From an uncultured Bacteroidales bacterium (GTDB lineage: Bacteria; Bacteroidota; Bacteroidia; Bacteroidales; GCA-2711565), in contig CALOCL010000003.1 in the NCBI GenBank assembly GCA_942491855.1, forward strand, positions 39,497 through 103,496: a stretch of DNA of 64,000 nt. Direction: 5' to 3'. Numbering within the stretch: position 1 is the stretch's first letter; each line of letters opens with the position of its first letter. Of the stretch, positions 45,616-54,707 are shown in pieces. The notes under the pieces are model-generated. The model did no database searches. It was not told the DNA's origin and was given only the letters and a program-made list of their open reading frames with translations. The translations under genes and the position numbers were made by a program.

Positions 45616-46548
45616 ATGGGAAAGCTTAAAATCATCAACAGTGGAATGCTAACCAGCATTCAAGATTTTGGAAGATATGGATATCAAAAATTCGGGATGC
45701 CAATTTCTGGTGCAATGGATACACATTCGATGCAACTGGCTAATTGGTTGGTTGGAAATGATAGAAATGAAGCGTGTTTTGAAATTACTTACCTCGGGCC
45801 GGAAATTGAATTTCTGACCGACACCACCATTGCCATCAGTGGAGCCATGATGCATGCAACGGTCAACGATGAGCCTGTTAGAATGAATGCAACAATTCAG
45901 ATTTTTGAAGGAGATCGATTAATTATGGGGGCGGTAAAAAAAGGGATGAGAGCTTACTTATCCATTGCCGGCGGTATTTCAGTGACAGAAGTGATGGGAA
46001 GCAAGTCGACTTATTTAAGAGGGAAAATTGGAGGATTTAAAGGACGTAAAATAGAAAATGGCGATGAAATTGAAATTGGTAAAAATGCTGAGCTACCATA
46101 CAAAGAAGTCCCGGGACAACTTTTATTTATCTATCCTTCCGTTCAAACCATTCGGATTATTCGAGGAACAGAAATTGATCGTTTTACAGAAAAAGGCTTA
46201 AAAACTTTTTTGAATTCTAAATACACCGTTAGTAATGAAAACGACAGGATGGGATATCGCTTATCCGGACCTGCAATTGAGCATAAAAATGGAGCTGATA
46301 TTATTTCTTCAGGAATTGTAAATGGAAGCATACAGGTACCAGGTCATGGCGAGCCCATTATCATGATGGCTGATCATCAAACTGTTGGTGGATATACCAA
46401 AATTGCGAATGTGATAACGGTTGATCTTCCTATTCTGGCACAAATGAAAGCCGGTGATAAAATAAAATTTAAAGAAATTAAACTTGAAGAAGCCCAGGAT
46501 TTACTGGACAAGCAAAATCAAAATATCGAAAAATTATATCAACTATAA
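45616..46548 (+). CDS. pxpC: 5-oxoprolinase subunit C (KipA / allophanate hydrolase subunit 2-like)
   Basis: 310 aa with TSIQDFGRYGYQKFGMPISGAMD, MGYRLSG and ADHQTVGGYTKIA. Confidence 0.85.
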   Translation: MGKLKIINSGMLTSIQDFGRYGYQKFGMPISGAMDTHSMQLANWLVGNDRNEACFEITYLGPEIEFLTDTTIAISGAMMHATVNDEPVRMNATIQIFEGDRLIMGAVKKGMRAYLSIAGGISVTEVMGSKSTYLRGKIGGFKGRKIENGDEIEIGKNAELPYKEVPGQLLFIYPSVQTIRIIRGTEIDRFTEKGLKTFLNSKYTVSNENDRMGYRLSGPAIEHKNGADIISSGIVNGSIQVPGHGEPIIMMADHQTVGGYTKIANVITVDLPILAQMKAGDKIKFKEIKLEEAQDLLDKQNQNIEKLYQL

Positions 46549-46551
46549 AAT

Positions 46552-47673
46552 ATGATTTCACAAAAAGCTAAATCACTGATCTCAGGAATTTTCATTCTAA
46601 CTTTAATAATTCAAACCAATCATTTACTGGCAGAAGAAAATGAAGTTAAACTTGAAATCCATCTAACACAAGAAGTGGCTTCGGGCTTTGTACACCTGGC
46701 ACTGAATTGTGTACAAAAAGAGTATCCCAATAAAACAGGTCACGTAATGAATGATGTTACTGATGTTTTAACTCCATCACAAATGCATCCGGCATTTTAC
46801 GGTTGCTACGACTGGCACTCATCAGTACATGGGCACTGGATGCTGGTCCGTATTCTTAAGCTATTCCCAGAAATTCCTGAAGCTGCCGAAATCCGTCAAT
46901 CTTTAAACAAAAATCTTAGTGCAAGAAATATTTTAAAAGAAGTTGAATATTTTAATCAGGAAGGTCGTAAATCTTTTGAGCGAACCTACGGCTGGGCCTG
47001 GTTATTAAAACTTGCCGAAGAATTGCATGGATGGGAAGACATAGATGGACGAAACTGGGAAAAGAATCTGTTACCACTTACCAAACGGATCATAAAAAGT
47101 TATACCGACTTTCTACCAAATCAAACTTACCCTGTTCGTACCGGAGTGCATCCTAATTCTGCTTTTGGGATTTCTTTTGCACTGGATTACGCTATGAAAG
47201 TTAAAAACGAAAGCTTTGCTGATTTTTTAATCGAAAGAAGTAAGACTTACTACCTGAAAGACAAAAACGGACCAGCTATCTGGGAACCGGGAGGTGAAGA
47301 TTTTCTTTCTCCTGTTTTAGTGGAAGCCGACTTAATGTATCGGGTGTTAAACCCAAAAGATTTTACCCAATGGTTTCATGATTTTTTACCAGGATTTAAA
47401 ACTCAGGAATATAAAAATCTTACCTCGCCCGCCATCGTATCTGATCGAAGTGATCCCAAAGGCGTACACCTTGATGGTTTAAATTTAAGTCGTGCCTGGT
47501 GCATGCTCGGAATATCAAAAGCTTTACCTGACGGAGATCCGGTTAAGGAAATTTTATTAAAAGCGGCAAATGTACATGCAAACAGTGCTTTGTTGAATGT
47601 AGCTACCGGAAGTTACGCAGGGGAGCATTGGCTCGCCTCCTATGCAGTTTATATGCTTTCGCTGAAACAATAA
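46552..47673 (+). CDS. DUF2891 domain protein, exported
   Basis: 373 aa with signal peptide and HPAFYGCYDWHSSVHGHW. The start is 3 nt after the pxpC stop. Confidence 0.7.
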   Translation: MISQKAKSLISGIFILTLIIQTNHLLAEENEVKLEIHLTQEVASGFVHLALNCVQKEYPNKTGHVMNDVTDVLTPSQMHPAFYGCYDWHSSVHGHWMLVRILKLFPEIPEAAEIRQSLNKNLSARNILKEVEYFNQEGRKSFERTYGWAWLLKLAEELHGWEDIDGRNWEKNLLPLTKRIIKSYTDFLPNQTYPVRTGVHPNSAFGISFALDYAMKVKNESFADFLIERSKTYYLKDKNGPAIWEPGGEDFLSPVLVEADLMYRVLNPKDFTQWFHDFLPGFKTQEYKNLTSPAIVSDRSDPKGVHLDGLNLSRAWCMLGISKALPDGDPVKEILLKAANVHANSALLNVATGSYAGEHWLASYAVYMLSLKQ

Positions 47674-47697
47674 ATGTGAATCAATCAGACTTTTAAA

Positions 47698-47732
47698 CCT
47701 CCGAGTGTCTTAAATACTCGGAGGTTTTTTTT
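47698..47732 (+). terminator. Rho-independent terminator
   Basis: CCTCCGAGT-gtcttaaat-ACTCGGAGG followed by T8. Confidence 0.85.
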
Positions 47733-47752
47733 ATCTTTCGCAATTAATAATC

Positions 47753-47834
47753 TCATTTCGCCCGAAGGGAGAAATTCTAAATAATTTTGACTTTTTATGG
47801 CGATTTCTCAGTCGTTTCACTCCTTCGAAATGAC
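47753..47834. repeat. Pair of inverted short palindromic units (REP-like) between convergent genes
   Basis: Unit 1: TCATTTCGCCCGAAGGGAGAAAT (47753-47775). Unit 2: GATTTCTCAGTCGTTTCACTCCTTCGAAATGAC (47802-47834). They share the TCATTTCG and GAGAAAT ends in opposite orientation. Confidence 0.4.
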
Positions 47835-47847
47835 AAATAAAAGTTGA

Positions 47848-48594
47848 CTACCAACTCTTAAGTTTCGCAGCATCAACCTTTGAAATTAAAGCCCTGGCCA
47901 AAACGAGGGTTGTATCGATTAAAGGGATACCATTAAAATATTTATCAGGATAAGCCAATGGCAATTCGGTACAACCTAAAACAATCACCTGAGCTCCTTT
48001 ATCCATTAAAGAATGAAAAGCTCTCTTTAAAATATCCATTGACTCGGGACTGATTTTTTCAGGATCGGATTTAATGCCATAAACCGGATGATAAATAGAC
48101 TGATGAACTTCCTCAACTTCAGTTTCTGAAACGTTTATCACTTCTAAACCAAATTTTTCAATTCGGTTATACTGTTTGGTTTTATAGGTACCCGATGTTC
48201 CAAGTATGCCAATTTTTTTAAACTCGGGGAATTGAGCCAAAATAAATTTTCCAACTTCTTCAATCAAGTGGAGTAGCTCAATCCGGGCATTCTCTTTTTC
48301 TAACTGTTGCTTAACCACTCCAAAAATTTCAGGGGCATGGGCCGAATTACATGGTAATCCGGCTACAGTAGCACCTAAATCATCTAACTTCAACAAAATT
48401 TTTGAAATTGCGTAAGCCGGATTTTCATCGATAATTCCTAAAATATATTCCGTTCTATCCCCAATAAATTCAGGCGTTGAAAACAAAATCTGAGAAATGT
48501 GATCCTGATCTTTACCGGCAATGGTTTGGTTCACTATTTTTTTTGAGAGATAGATTCCGGCTATGGGACCCATACCTCCAACAATTCCAATCAT
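47848..48594 (-). CDS. Aspartate/glutamate racemase family protein
   Basis: 248 aa with IGIVGGMGP and the two catalytic Cys contexts GLPCNSAH and LGCTELP. Confidence 0.85.
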   Translation of the reverse strand: MIGIVGGMGPIAGIYLSKKIVNQTIAGKDQDHISQILFSTPEFIGDRTEYILGIIDENPAYAISKILLKLDDLGATVAGLPCNSAHAPEIFGVVKQQLEKENARIELLHLIEEVGKFILAQFPEFKKIGILGTSGTYKTKQYNRIEKFGLEVINVSETEVEEVHQSIYHPVYGIKSDPEKISPESMDILKRAFHSLMDKGAQVIVLGCTELPLAYPDKYFNGIPLIDTTLVLARALISKVDAAKLKSW

Positions 48595-48820
48595 TCCTTT
48601 TTTAATTTTTACTTATCATTTGCTGCAATAATATTATTAGGTAAAACTTTGATCTTTGGCATTCGTCGATAATTTGATCGTTCGAAATTGAACCATTGAA
48701 AATATTCCTAAATTAGTACTGAACTTTTTCATTTTAAGTTAGATATTAAATAATATATGAATTAAAATTATCAATTTTATTGCAAATATTAACCAAACCA
48801 TGAATTTTAAACTTATTAGT

Positions 48821-50353
48821 ATGAACAAATCGAAAATAACTTTTATTTTGATTATTTTAAGCACATTTTTGTTATCATGTGTAAGTGATCAAAAATCCAA
48901 AAAATATAAAATTGGAGTTGCAACTTTCTCTCATGAAACCTGTACTTTTTGTCCAACACCCACCGGAATTGAGGAATTTGAATACTACGGTGCACCGTTA
49001 AAAGGTGATGAAGTACTGCAAGCTGGCAATTACATTGAAGGTTTCGTTAACCAATCAAGTGAATTTGAACACCTGGAACTAGTTGGATTGACTTCTCCAA
49101 GAGATGCTAAAGGAGGTTCTTCGGGTAGTTGGATCACGCAAGAGGCATTCGATAAATATGTCGGCTTAATGGCTAAAGATTTGGAAGAACAGAGTCCATT
49201 CGATGGTGTTTATCTTTCGTTACACGGCGCTATGGCAGTAACAGGTATTCCAAAACCTGAGGCTGAAATAGTTCGACGATTAAGGAAAGTAGTTGGCAAT
49301 ATCCCCATTTTTGTTACCCTCGATCTTCATGCCAACGAAGATCATGAATTATGTGATGCAGCAGATGCTGTTTTTATCATTAAACGATATCCTCACTACG
49401 ATGCCTTTCTACAAGGTGAACGTGCTGCCCGTTTGATGAATCTCACATTGAATGGAAAGTATAAACCAACCATGGCCACCAGAAAACCAGGAATTATTAC
49501 CCCAAGTGTCTATCAGGGAACCGGTGTTTCTCCTGCTATGGAAATTATGGAAAAGGCCAGAAGGATTGAGGAAAGATATCCCGGCGTTTATGTTTCTGTA
49601 GCTTTTGGCTTTGCTTATGCAGATGTGCCGGATGCTGGGGCAACCATCATGGTCGTCACGAACGACAATCAGAAATGGGCTGATGAAATTGCCGATGACA
49701 TGAATGATTTTATTTGGCGACAACGATTGGCCTTTGCGGGCAAAAAATTACCTAAAACTGAAGAGGGTGTTAAATTGAGCATTGCTGCTGCAAAGGCTGG
49801 CAAAAAGCCAGTTGTTATTGCTGATCACGCTGACAGAACCGGGAACTCAACCCATATCCTGGAGCAATTGATGAAACAAGGTGGAGAAAATTTCTGTATT
49901 GCAACCATTTCTGATGTCAGGGCAATTGATAAATTAGAAGCTAATGCCAATAAAGCAGGAGACATCGTTGAGTTGGAGATTGGAGGATATGAAGACGAAT
50001 ATGCAGGAAATCCTGTTAAGATTAAAGGTGAGCTTGAGTTTTACAACAATGTCGGCCGATTTAACAAAAAGGTTGCAGTACTTAAGTTTGGGAAGAACAA
50101 CCGTGTTATCATTACTCCAGTTTTACATCAAATCACAACACTTGGGATTTTTCAAGAATTAGGTTTAGAACCTAAAAAAATGTATATCATTTCGTTAAAA
50201 TCAAGAGTGCATTTCCGCAGAGGATTTTATGAATCAGGCTTTGCCGGATCAATTTTTGAGATTGATGCACCCGGATTGGGGCCAGCTGACTTAACTACTA
50301 TTGAATACAAAAACATACCCAAGGATATTTATCCTGTTTACAAAAGGGATTAG
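48821..50353 (+). CDS. M81 family metallopeptidase (MlrC-like), lipoprotein
   Basis: Lipobox FLLSC. N-terminal IGVATFSHETCTF and HGAMAV, LDLHAN motifs typical of MlrC N-/C-domain proteins. Confidence 0.8.
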   Translation: MNKSKITFILIILSTFLLSCVSDQKSKKYKIGVATFSHETCTFCPTPTGIEEFEYYGAPLKGDEVLQAGNYIEGFVNQSSEFEHLELVGLTSPRDAKGGSSGSWITQEAFDKYVGLMAKDLEEQSPFDGVYLSLHGAMAVTGIPKPEAEIVRRLRKVVGNIPIFVTLDLHANEDHELCDAADAVFIIKRYPHYDAFLQGERAARLMNLTLNGKYKPTMATRKPGIITPSVYQGTGVSPAMEIMEKARRIEERYPGVYVSVAFGFAYADVPDAGATIMVVTNDNQKWADEIADDMNDFIWRQRLAFAGKKLPKTEEGVKLSIAAAKAGKKPVVIADHADRTGNSTHILEQLMKQGGENFCIATISDVRAIDKLEANANKAGDIVELEIGGYEDEYAGNPVKIKGELEFYNNVGRFNKKVAVLKFGKNNRVIITPVLHQITTLGIFQELGLEPKKMYIISLKSRVHFRRGFYESGFAGSIFEIDAPGLGPADLTTIEYKNIPKDIYPVYKRD

Positions 50354-50386
50354 TAGCAAACGAACTAATCAATAAAATGATAAGTG

Positions 50387-50421
50387 AAAAAGGGCGACAA
50401 CTTCTAAGATGTCGCCCTTTT
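50387..50421. terminator. Bidirectional stem-loop terminator between convergent genes
   Basis: AAGGGCGAC-N12-GTCGCCCTT, flanked by an A-run upstream and a T-run downstream. Confidence 0.7.
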
Positions 50422-50427
50422 CATTGT

Positions 50428-51540
50428 TTATTCTTTGATAATTTCAAGAACTTCTTTAATTGGAATGGCTTTTACAGTATGTCCTCTATCTCCAGATGTT
50501 GTGGTTGCCATAAATAAAGAATTGTAAACGGCTTCTTGAGTGGCTTCCTCTACTGCCTGGAATAAAGCTGTCATGGCACCATTAACAAGCAATGGAGGCA
50601 CCTCAAATGTTTTCTTTTCACTTTGATAAGGGATGCGATAGGCCGTTGAAAAGGCAATGGCAAAATCGCCGGATGAATTAGACATTACGTTAGTGGTTCT
50701 TCCCATTCCGATAAAAGCACGCCTTGCCAATCTTTTTAAATTCCGAGGCGATAATGGTGCGTCTGTTGCAATCACAATCATGCAAGATCCATCTTCTGTC
50801 TTCTTTATTTCATTCGCTTTAATCTTAGTTGTAACAGGTACGCCATTTAAGTATAGTTCTCTTCCAAAATTAGATTGAAGTAAAACTCCAACAGTATATT
50901 TTTTCCCATCAATAGGAACCGTCACTCTTGAAGCCGAACCTATTCCTCCTTTAAAACCTAAAGCTGTAGTACCTGTTCCTGCACCTACACAACCTTCATC
51001 AAATACACCAGTTTTGGCATTTTCAATAGCCTTAACAATATGTTCACCTTTGATATGTTGACCTCGGATGTCATTCAAAAATCCATCATTTGTTTCACCT
51101 ACCACAGCATTAACCGATCTCACATCTTCATTTCCTTTTTGGTTAAGAGTATATTTAACGAGGGCTTCAACTCCTGTTCCAACGCTTAAGGTATTCGTTA
51201 GAATAATTGGAGTCTCAATGTTACCAAGCTCCTCAACTTGAGTAAATCCCGCCAATTTCCCAAAGGCATTAAAGCAGAAAATTCCGGCAGGTACCTTACC
51301 CTGAAATATATTACCATCATGAGGTAAAATTGCGGTAACACCTGTTCTAATATTAGTCTCTTGCTTCAGTGTTAAATGCCCGACCTTGACACCTTCAACA
51401 TCGGTAATCATATTTAAAGACCCTTTTTGGAGTGTTCCAACGTCAATACCAAAATCGGAAACTCTGCCCCTCTTTTCTTGAGCAAATAAAGCAATATTAA
51501 TACAAGTAACTAAAATAAATAATGTGGTGATTTTTTTCAT
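50428..51540 (-). CDS. P1 family peptidase (DmpA/BapA-like aminopeptidase), exported
   Basis: Signal peptide from MKKITTLFILV. GVTAILPHDGN, and GAGTGTTALGFKGGIGSAS containing the self-processing/nucleophile region. Confidence 0.8.
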   Translation of the reverse strand: MKKITTLFILVTCINIALFAQEKRGRVSDFGIDVGTLQKGSLNMITDVEGVKVGHLTLKQETNIRTGVTAILPHDGNIFQGKVPAGIFCFNAFGKLAGFTQVEELGNIETPIILTNTLSVGTGVEALVKYTLNQKGNEDVRSVNAVVGETNDGFLNDIRGQHIKGEHIVKAIENAKTGVFDEGCVGAGTGTTALGFKGGIGSASRVTVPIDGKKYTVGVLLQSNFGRELYLNGVPVTTKIKANEIKKTEDGSCMIVIATDAPLSPRNLKRLARRAFIGMGRTTNVMSNSSGDFAIAFSTAYRIPYQSEKKTFEVPPLLVNGAMTALFQAVEEATQEAVYNSLFMATTTSGDRGHTVKAIPIKEVLEIIKE

Positions 51541-51765
51541 GATAACTCTTTTAAACATTCTTTCTTTTAACATAAAACCATACATATAAGCTAACTACAA
51601 TTTTGTTCGAAAGTTAAGAAATAAATTCAAGGATTTATGATATATATCATTGGTTAATCAATTATCGGCTTATCTTATTATGTATATATTTGTATATCTA
51701 ATTATGTTGATGAAAAAACCACTAAATAATTGAATCAAACTCAAAATCAAACAAAACTAAATCTT

Positions 51766-53034
51766 ATGAAACGATCACAATTTTTAAGAAGCAAATTAAT
51801 AATGCTAACACTCGTACTTGTACTTGCGAGTAGCAATGCTTTTGCAACAGACGGCTATTTTGGAGCTGGTTATGGTACTAAAAGTAATGGAATGGCTGGC
51901 GCAGGAATTGCCTTGTATCAAAATTCACTTTTTGGAGCAAACAATCCTGGAGCCTTAGTATTTTTAGGAGATAAATATGGTATCAGTTTAGCCGCTTTTA
52001 ATCCCATACGTTCTTACGATATTACCGGAAATCCAAGTGGGTATCCTAATACATTCGGGCTAGCACCTGGTAAAGTAGAAAGTGAATCAAATTTATTTAT
52101 TATGCCTGCTTTAGCAGCTAACTGGATGTTAAATGATGAAAGTGCTTTTAATATTTCTTTATTCGGGAATGGCGGAATGAATACTGACTACCAAACGGCC
52201 ACTTTCCATGGGTCAAACCCAACCGGTGTAAACCTAATGCAAATGTTCGGAGCCTTTACCTATTCTCGCAAAATCAGTGAGAACTGGAGTGTTGGATTAT
52301 CTGCAATTGCAGCATGGCAATCGTTCGAAGCCCAAGGCTTAGAGGCATTTGGCGGATTTTCTATGGATGGAACAAAATTAACAAACAATGATGCCAGCAC
52401 AGCCTTTGGCTTTGGAGCAAAAATTGGTATTTACGGTATCATCACTGAAGATTTAACTTTTGGTGCCACTTACCAATCAAAAATTTCAATGGGTGAATTT
52501 GATGAGTACGCTGGATTATTTGCCGAAAATGGAGACTTTGATGTTCCTGCTACTTGGACAGCTGGTATCGCTTACGAATTCGTACCTGAAAAATTGGTTC
52601 TCGCTTTAGATTTCAAACAGATTTTTTATAGCAAAGTGGCATCCATTGCAAACCCAATGATGGGTGCAGCTGGCCCAAATTTCCCAATGGGAACTGCTAC
52701 CGGAGCAGGTTTTGGCTGGGAAGACATGACCATCATTAAAGCTGGTGTTGAATATTCAGTCAGTGATGATTGGACTTTAAGAGCCGGATATTCACACGGA
52801 ACTAACCCGGTACAAGAAAGTGAAGTGATGTTCAACATTTTAGCACCCGGAGTTATTGATGACCACATTACTTTTGGTTTTTCAAAGAAAATGGGGAAAA
52901 ACGAATTAATTTTTGCCGTTGTGCATGCGTTAGAAAATACAGTTACAGGTCCTAACCCAATGGAAGCACCTGATCAGCAAACTATTGGTTTAAATATGAG
53001 TCAATGGATTTTTGAAATTGGATTTACATTCTAA
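51766..53034 (+). CDS. FadL/TodX family outer-membrane channel for hydrophobic compounds
   Basis: Signal peptide ending NAFA, the TDGYFGAGYGTKSNGMAGAGIA opening typical of the family, and a terminal aromatic (GFTF). Confidence 0.8.
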   Translation: MKRSQFLRSKLIMLTLVLVLASSNAFATDGYFGAGYGTKSNGMAGAGIALYQNSLFGANNPGALVFLGDKYGISLAAFNPIRSYDITGNPSGYPNTFGLAPGKVESESNLFIMPALAANWMLNDESAFNISLFGNGGMNTDYQTATFHGSNPTGVNLMQMFGAFTYSRKISENWSVGLSAIAAWQSFEAQGLEAFGGFSMDGTKLTNNDASTAFGFGAKIGIYGIITEDLTFGATYQSKISMGEFDEYAGLFAENGDFDVPATWTAGIAYEFVPEKLVLALDFKQIFYSKVASIANPMMGAAGPNFPMGTATGAGFGWEDMTIIKAGVEYSVSDDWTLRAGYSHGTNPVQESEVMFNILAPGVIDDHITFGFSKKMGKNELIFAVVHALENTVTGPNPMEAPDQQTIGLNMSQWIFEIGFTF

Positions 53035-53055
53035 ATAAAGCATCTAATAATTTAA

Positions 53056-53083
53056 AAGGCTGTTCAGTTGAACAGCCTTTTTT
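53056..53083 (+). terminator. Rho-independent terminator
   Basis: AAGGCTGTT-cagttg-AACAGCCTT followed by a T-run. Confidence 0.85.
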
Positions 53084-53166
53084 CGTTTTACTAATCCTTA
53101 TTCAAAACTTGCCACAACTAGCCAGGAATATTTTTTAGTATATTTGCCCGAACTAAAAAAATACAG

Positions 53167-53958
53167 ATGTTCGATTTCCATAAAGACAAAGCCAGGTATT
53201 TTGATATGCAGTATCGCAATTCTAAGGAATACATAATTCCATTTGTTGAACCGTATCTTGATTTGAGCAAGAATCTTAATATTTTAGAAATCGGTTGTGC
53301 GGAGGCAGGTGTTCTTAAGGCTTTTCTAGAAACTGGACAACATTGTACTGGCATTGAACTGAATGCTGGAAGAGTTTTAGATGCGAAGACCTTTTTAAAA
53401 AGAGAAATCGAGTCAGGAAAGGCAGAAATTATCAACAAAAATGTTTTTGAGATTGATACGGAAGATTTTGAATTGAAATTCGATTTAGTCATTTTAAAGG
53501 ATGTAATTGAACACTTCCCAAATCAAGAGAAATTTATTCAAGAGCTAAGTAGATTTCTTAATCCTGATGGACATATATTTTTTGGTTTCCCTCCTTGGCA
53601 AATGCCTTTTGGCGGACACCAACAAATATGTAAAAATCGTTTTGCAAGTCTATTTCCGTACTACCACCTTTTTCCTAAATTTTTATATCGAATCGCACTA
53701 AAGATATTTGGAGAGAGAGAAGATACTATTAACGAACTTTTCGAAATAAAGGACTGTGGGATTTCAATAGAAAGATTTGAGAAAATTGTAAAATCCAAAG
53801 ATTTTCATGTTGTGAATAAAACTCATTTTTTAATCAATCCAATTTATAAATACAAGTTTAATTTAAAAATCAGAAAACAAATTAAATTGATAAGTGCCAT
53901 CCCCTATCTGAGGAACTTCTTTACCACAGCTGTTTACTACCTCATTAAAAAAAATTAA
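53167..53958 (+). CDS. Class I SAM-dependent methyltransferase
   Basis: Motif I ILEIGCAEAG, an acidic post-I residue (GIELN) and DLVILKDVIEHF. Confidence 0.8.
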   Translation: MFDFHKDKARYFDMQYRNSKEYIIPFVEPYLDLSKNLNILEIGCAEAGVLKAFLETGQHCTGIELNAGRVLDAKTFLKREIESGKAEIINKNVFEIDTEDFELKFDLVILKDVIEHFPNQEKFIQELSRFLNPDGHIFFGFPPWQMPFGGHQQICKNRFASLFPYYHLFPKFLYRIALKIFGEREDTINELFEIKDCGISIERFEKIVKSKDFHVVNKTHFLINPIYKYKFNLKIRKQIKLISAIPYLRNFFTTAVYYLIKKN

Positions 53959-54707
53959 AAGTTTAAAACATTTTTTAACGCTTTGTATCCATTAGCACTT
54001 ACTTTTAGTTTTGAAGCATCTTTAAGAATAGCAACATAACAATCTTTCTCATAGCGCTCAATTTTATCCAATTCATTCACGTTTAAAATAAATGAGCGGT
54101 GAATTCGAACAAACTGCTCGGGATTCAAATGGGTCTCAAAAAACTTCATTGTTTTCTCTTTCAAATAGGTCCTTCCTTCCGAATGAATTTTTACGTAATC
54201 ATCATCAGATTGCAAATAACTTATTTTCTCGACAGGTAAAACCTTAATATGATTGCCTGACCTAATTGCAATTCTGTTTAATTCTTCGATTGAATCATCA
54301 ATTGTTTCGATAATTTTATGATTGGATTGCGAAGTAATTTCTGCATCTTCAGATTGCGAAATTATCTTATCAATTGCCTGGGCAAATCGATCTTTCGAAT
54401 AAGGTTTAAGTAAATAATCAATGGCATTTTGCTCAAACGCCTTGATGGCAAACTGATCAAAAGCTGTTGAAAAAACGATAAAAGGCTTTGAATCGATTAA
54501 CTCAAGAATCTCAAATCCTGTTAACTTTGGCATTTGGATATCCAAAAAAACAACATCAGGTTTTAACTGGTTAATTAACTGTACCCCCTCCAAACCATTA
54601 CTTCCTTCACCAATTATTTCGAATGCATTATATTCTGATAAATACTCACGAACCAACGATCGGGCTGGTTCTTCATCATCAATAATTAAACATTTAAATG
54701 TTTTCAT
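53955..54707 (-). CDS. LytTR family response regulator
   Basis: REC domain (CLIIDDEEPAR, DVVFLDIQMP) plus a C-terminal LytTR domain (FVRIHRSFILNVNELDKIE). Confidence 0.9.
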   Translation of the reverse strand: MKTFKCLIIDDEEPARSLVREYLSEYNAFEIIGEGSNGLEGVQLINQLKPDVVFLDIQMPKLTGFEILELIDSKPFIVFSTAFDQFAIKAFEQNAIDYLLKPYSKDRFAQAIDKIISQSEDAEITSQSNHKIIETIDDSIEELNRIAIRSGNHIKVLPVEKISYLQSDDDYVKIHSEGRTYLKEKTMKFFETHLNPEQFVRIHRSFILNVNELDKIERYEKDCYVAILKDASKLKVSANGYKALKNVLNF

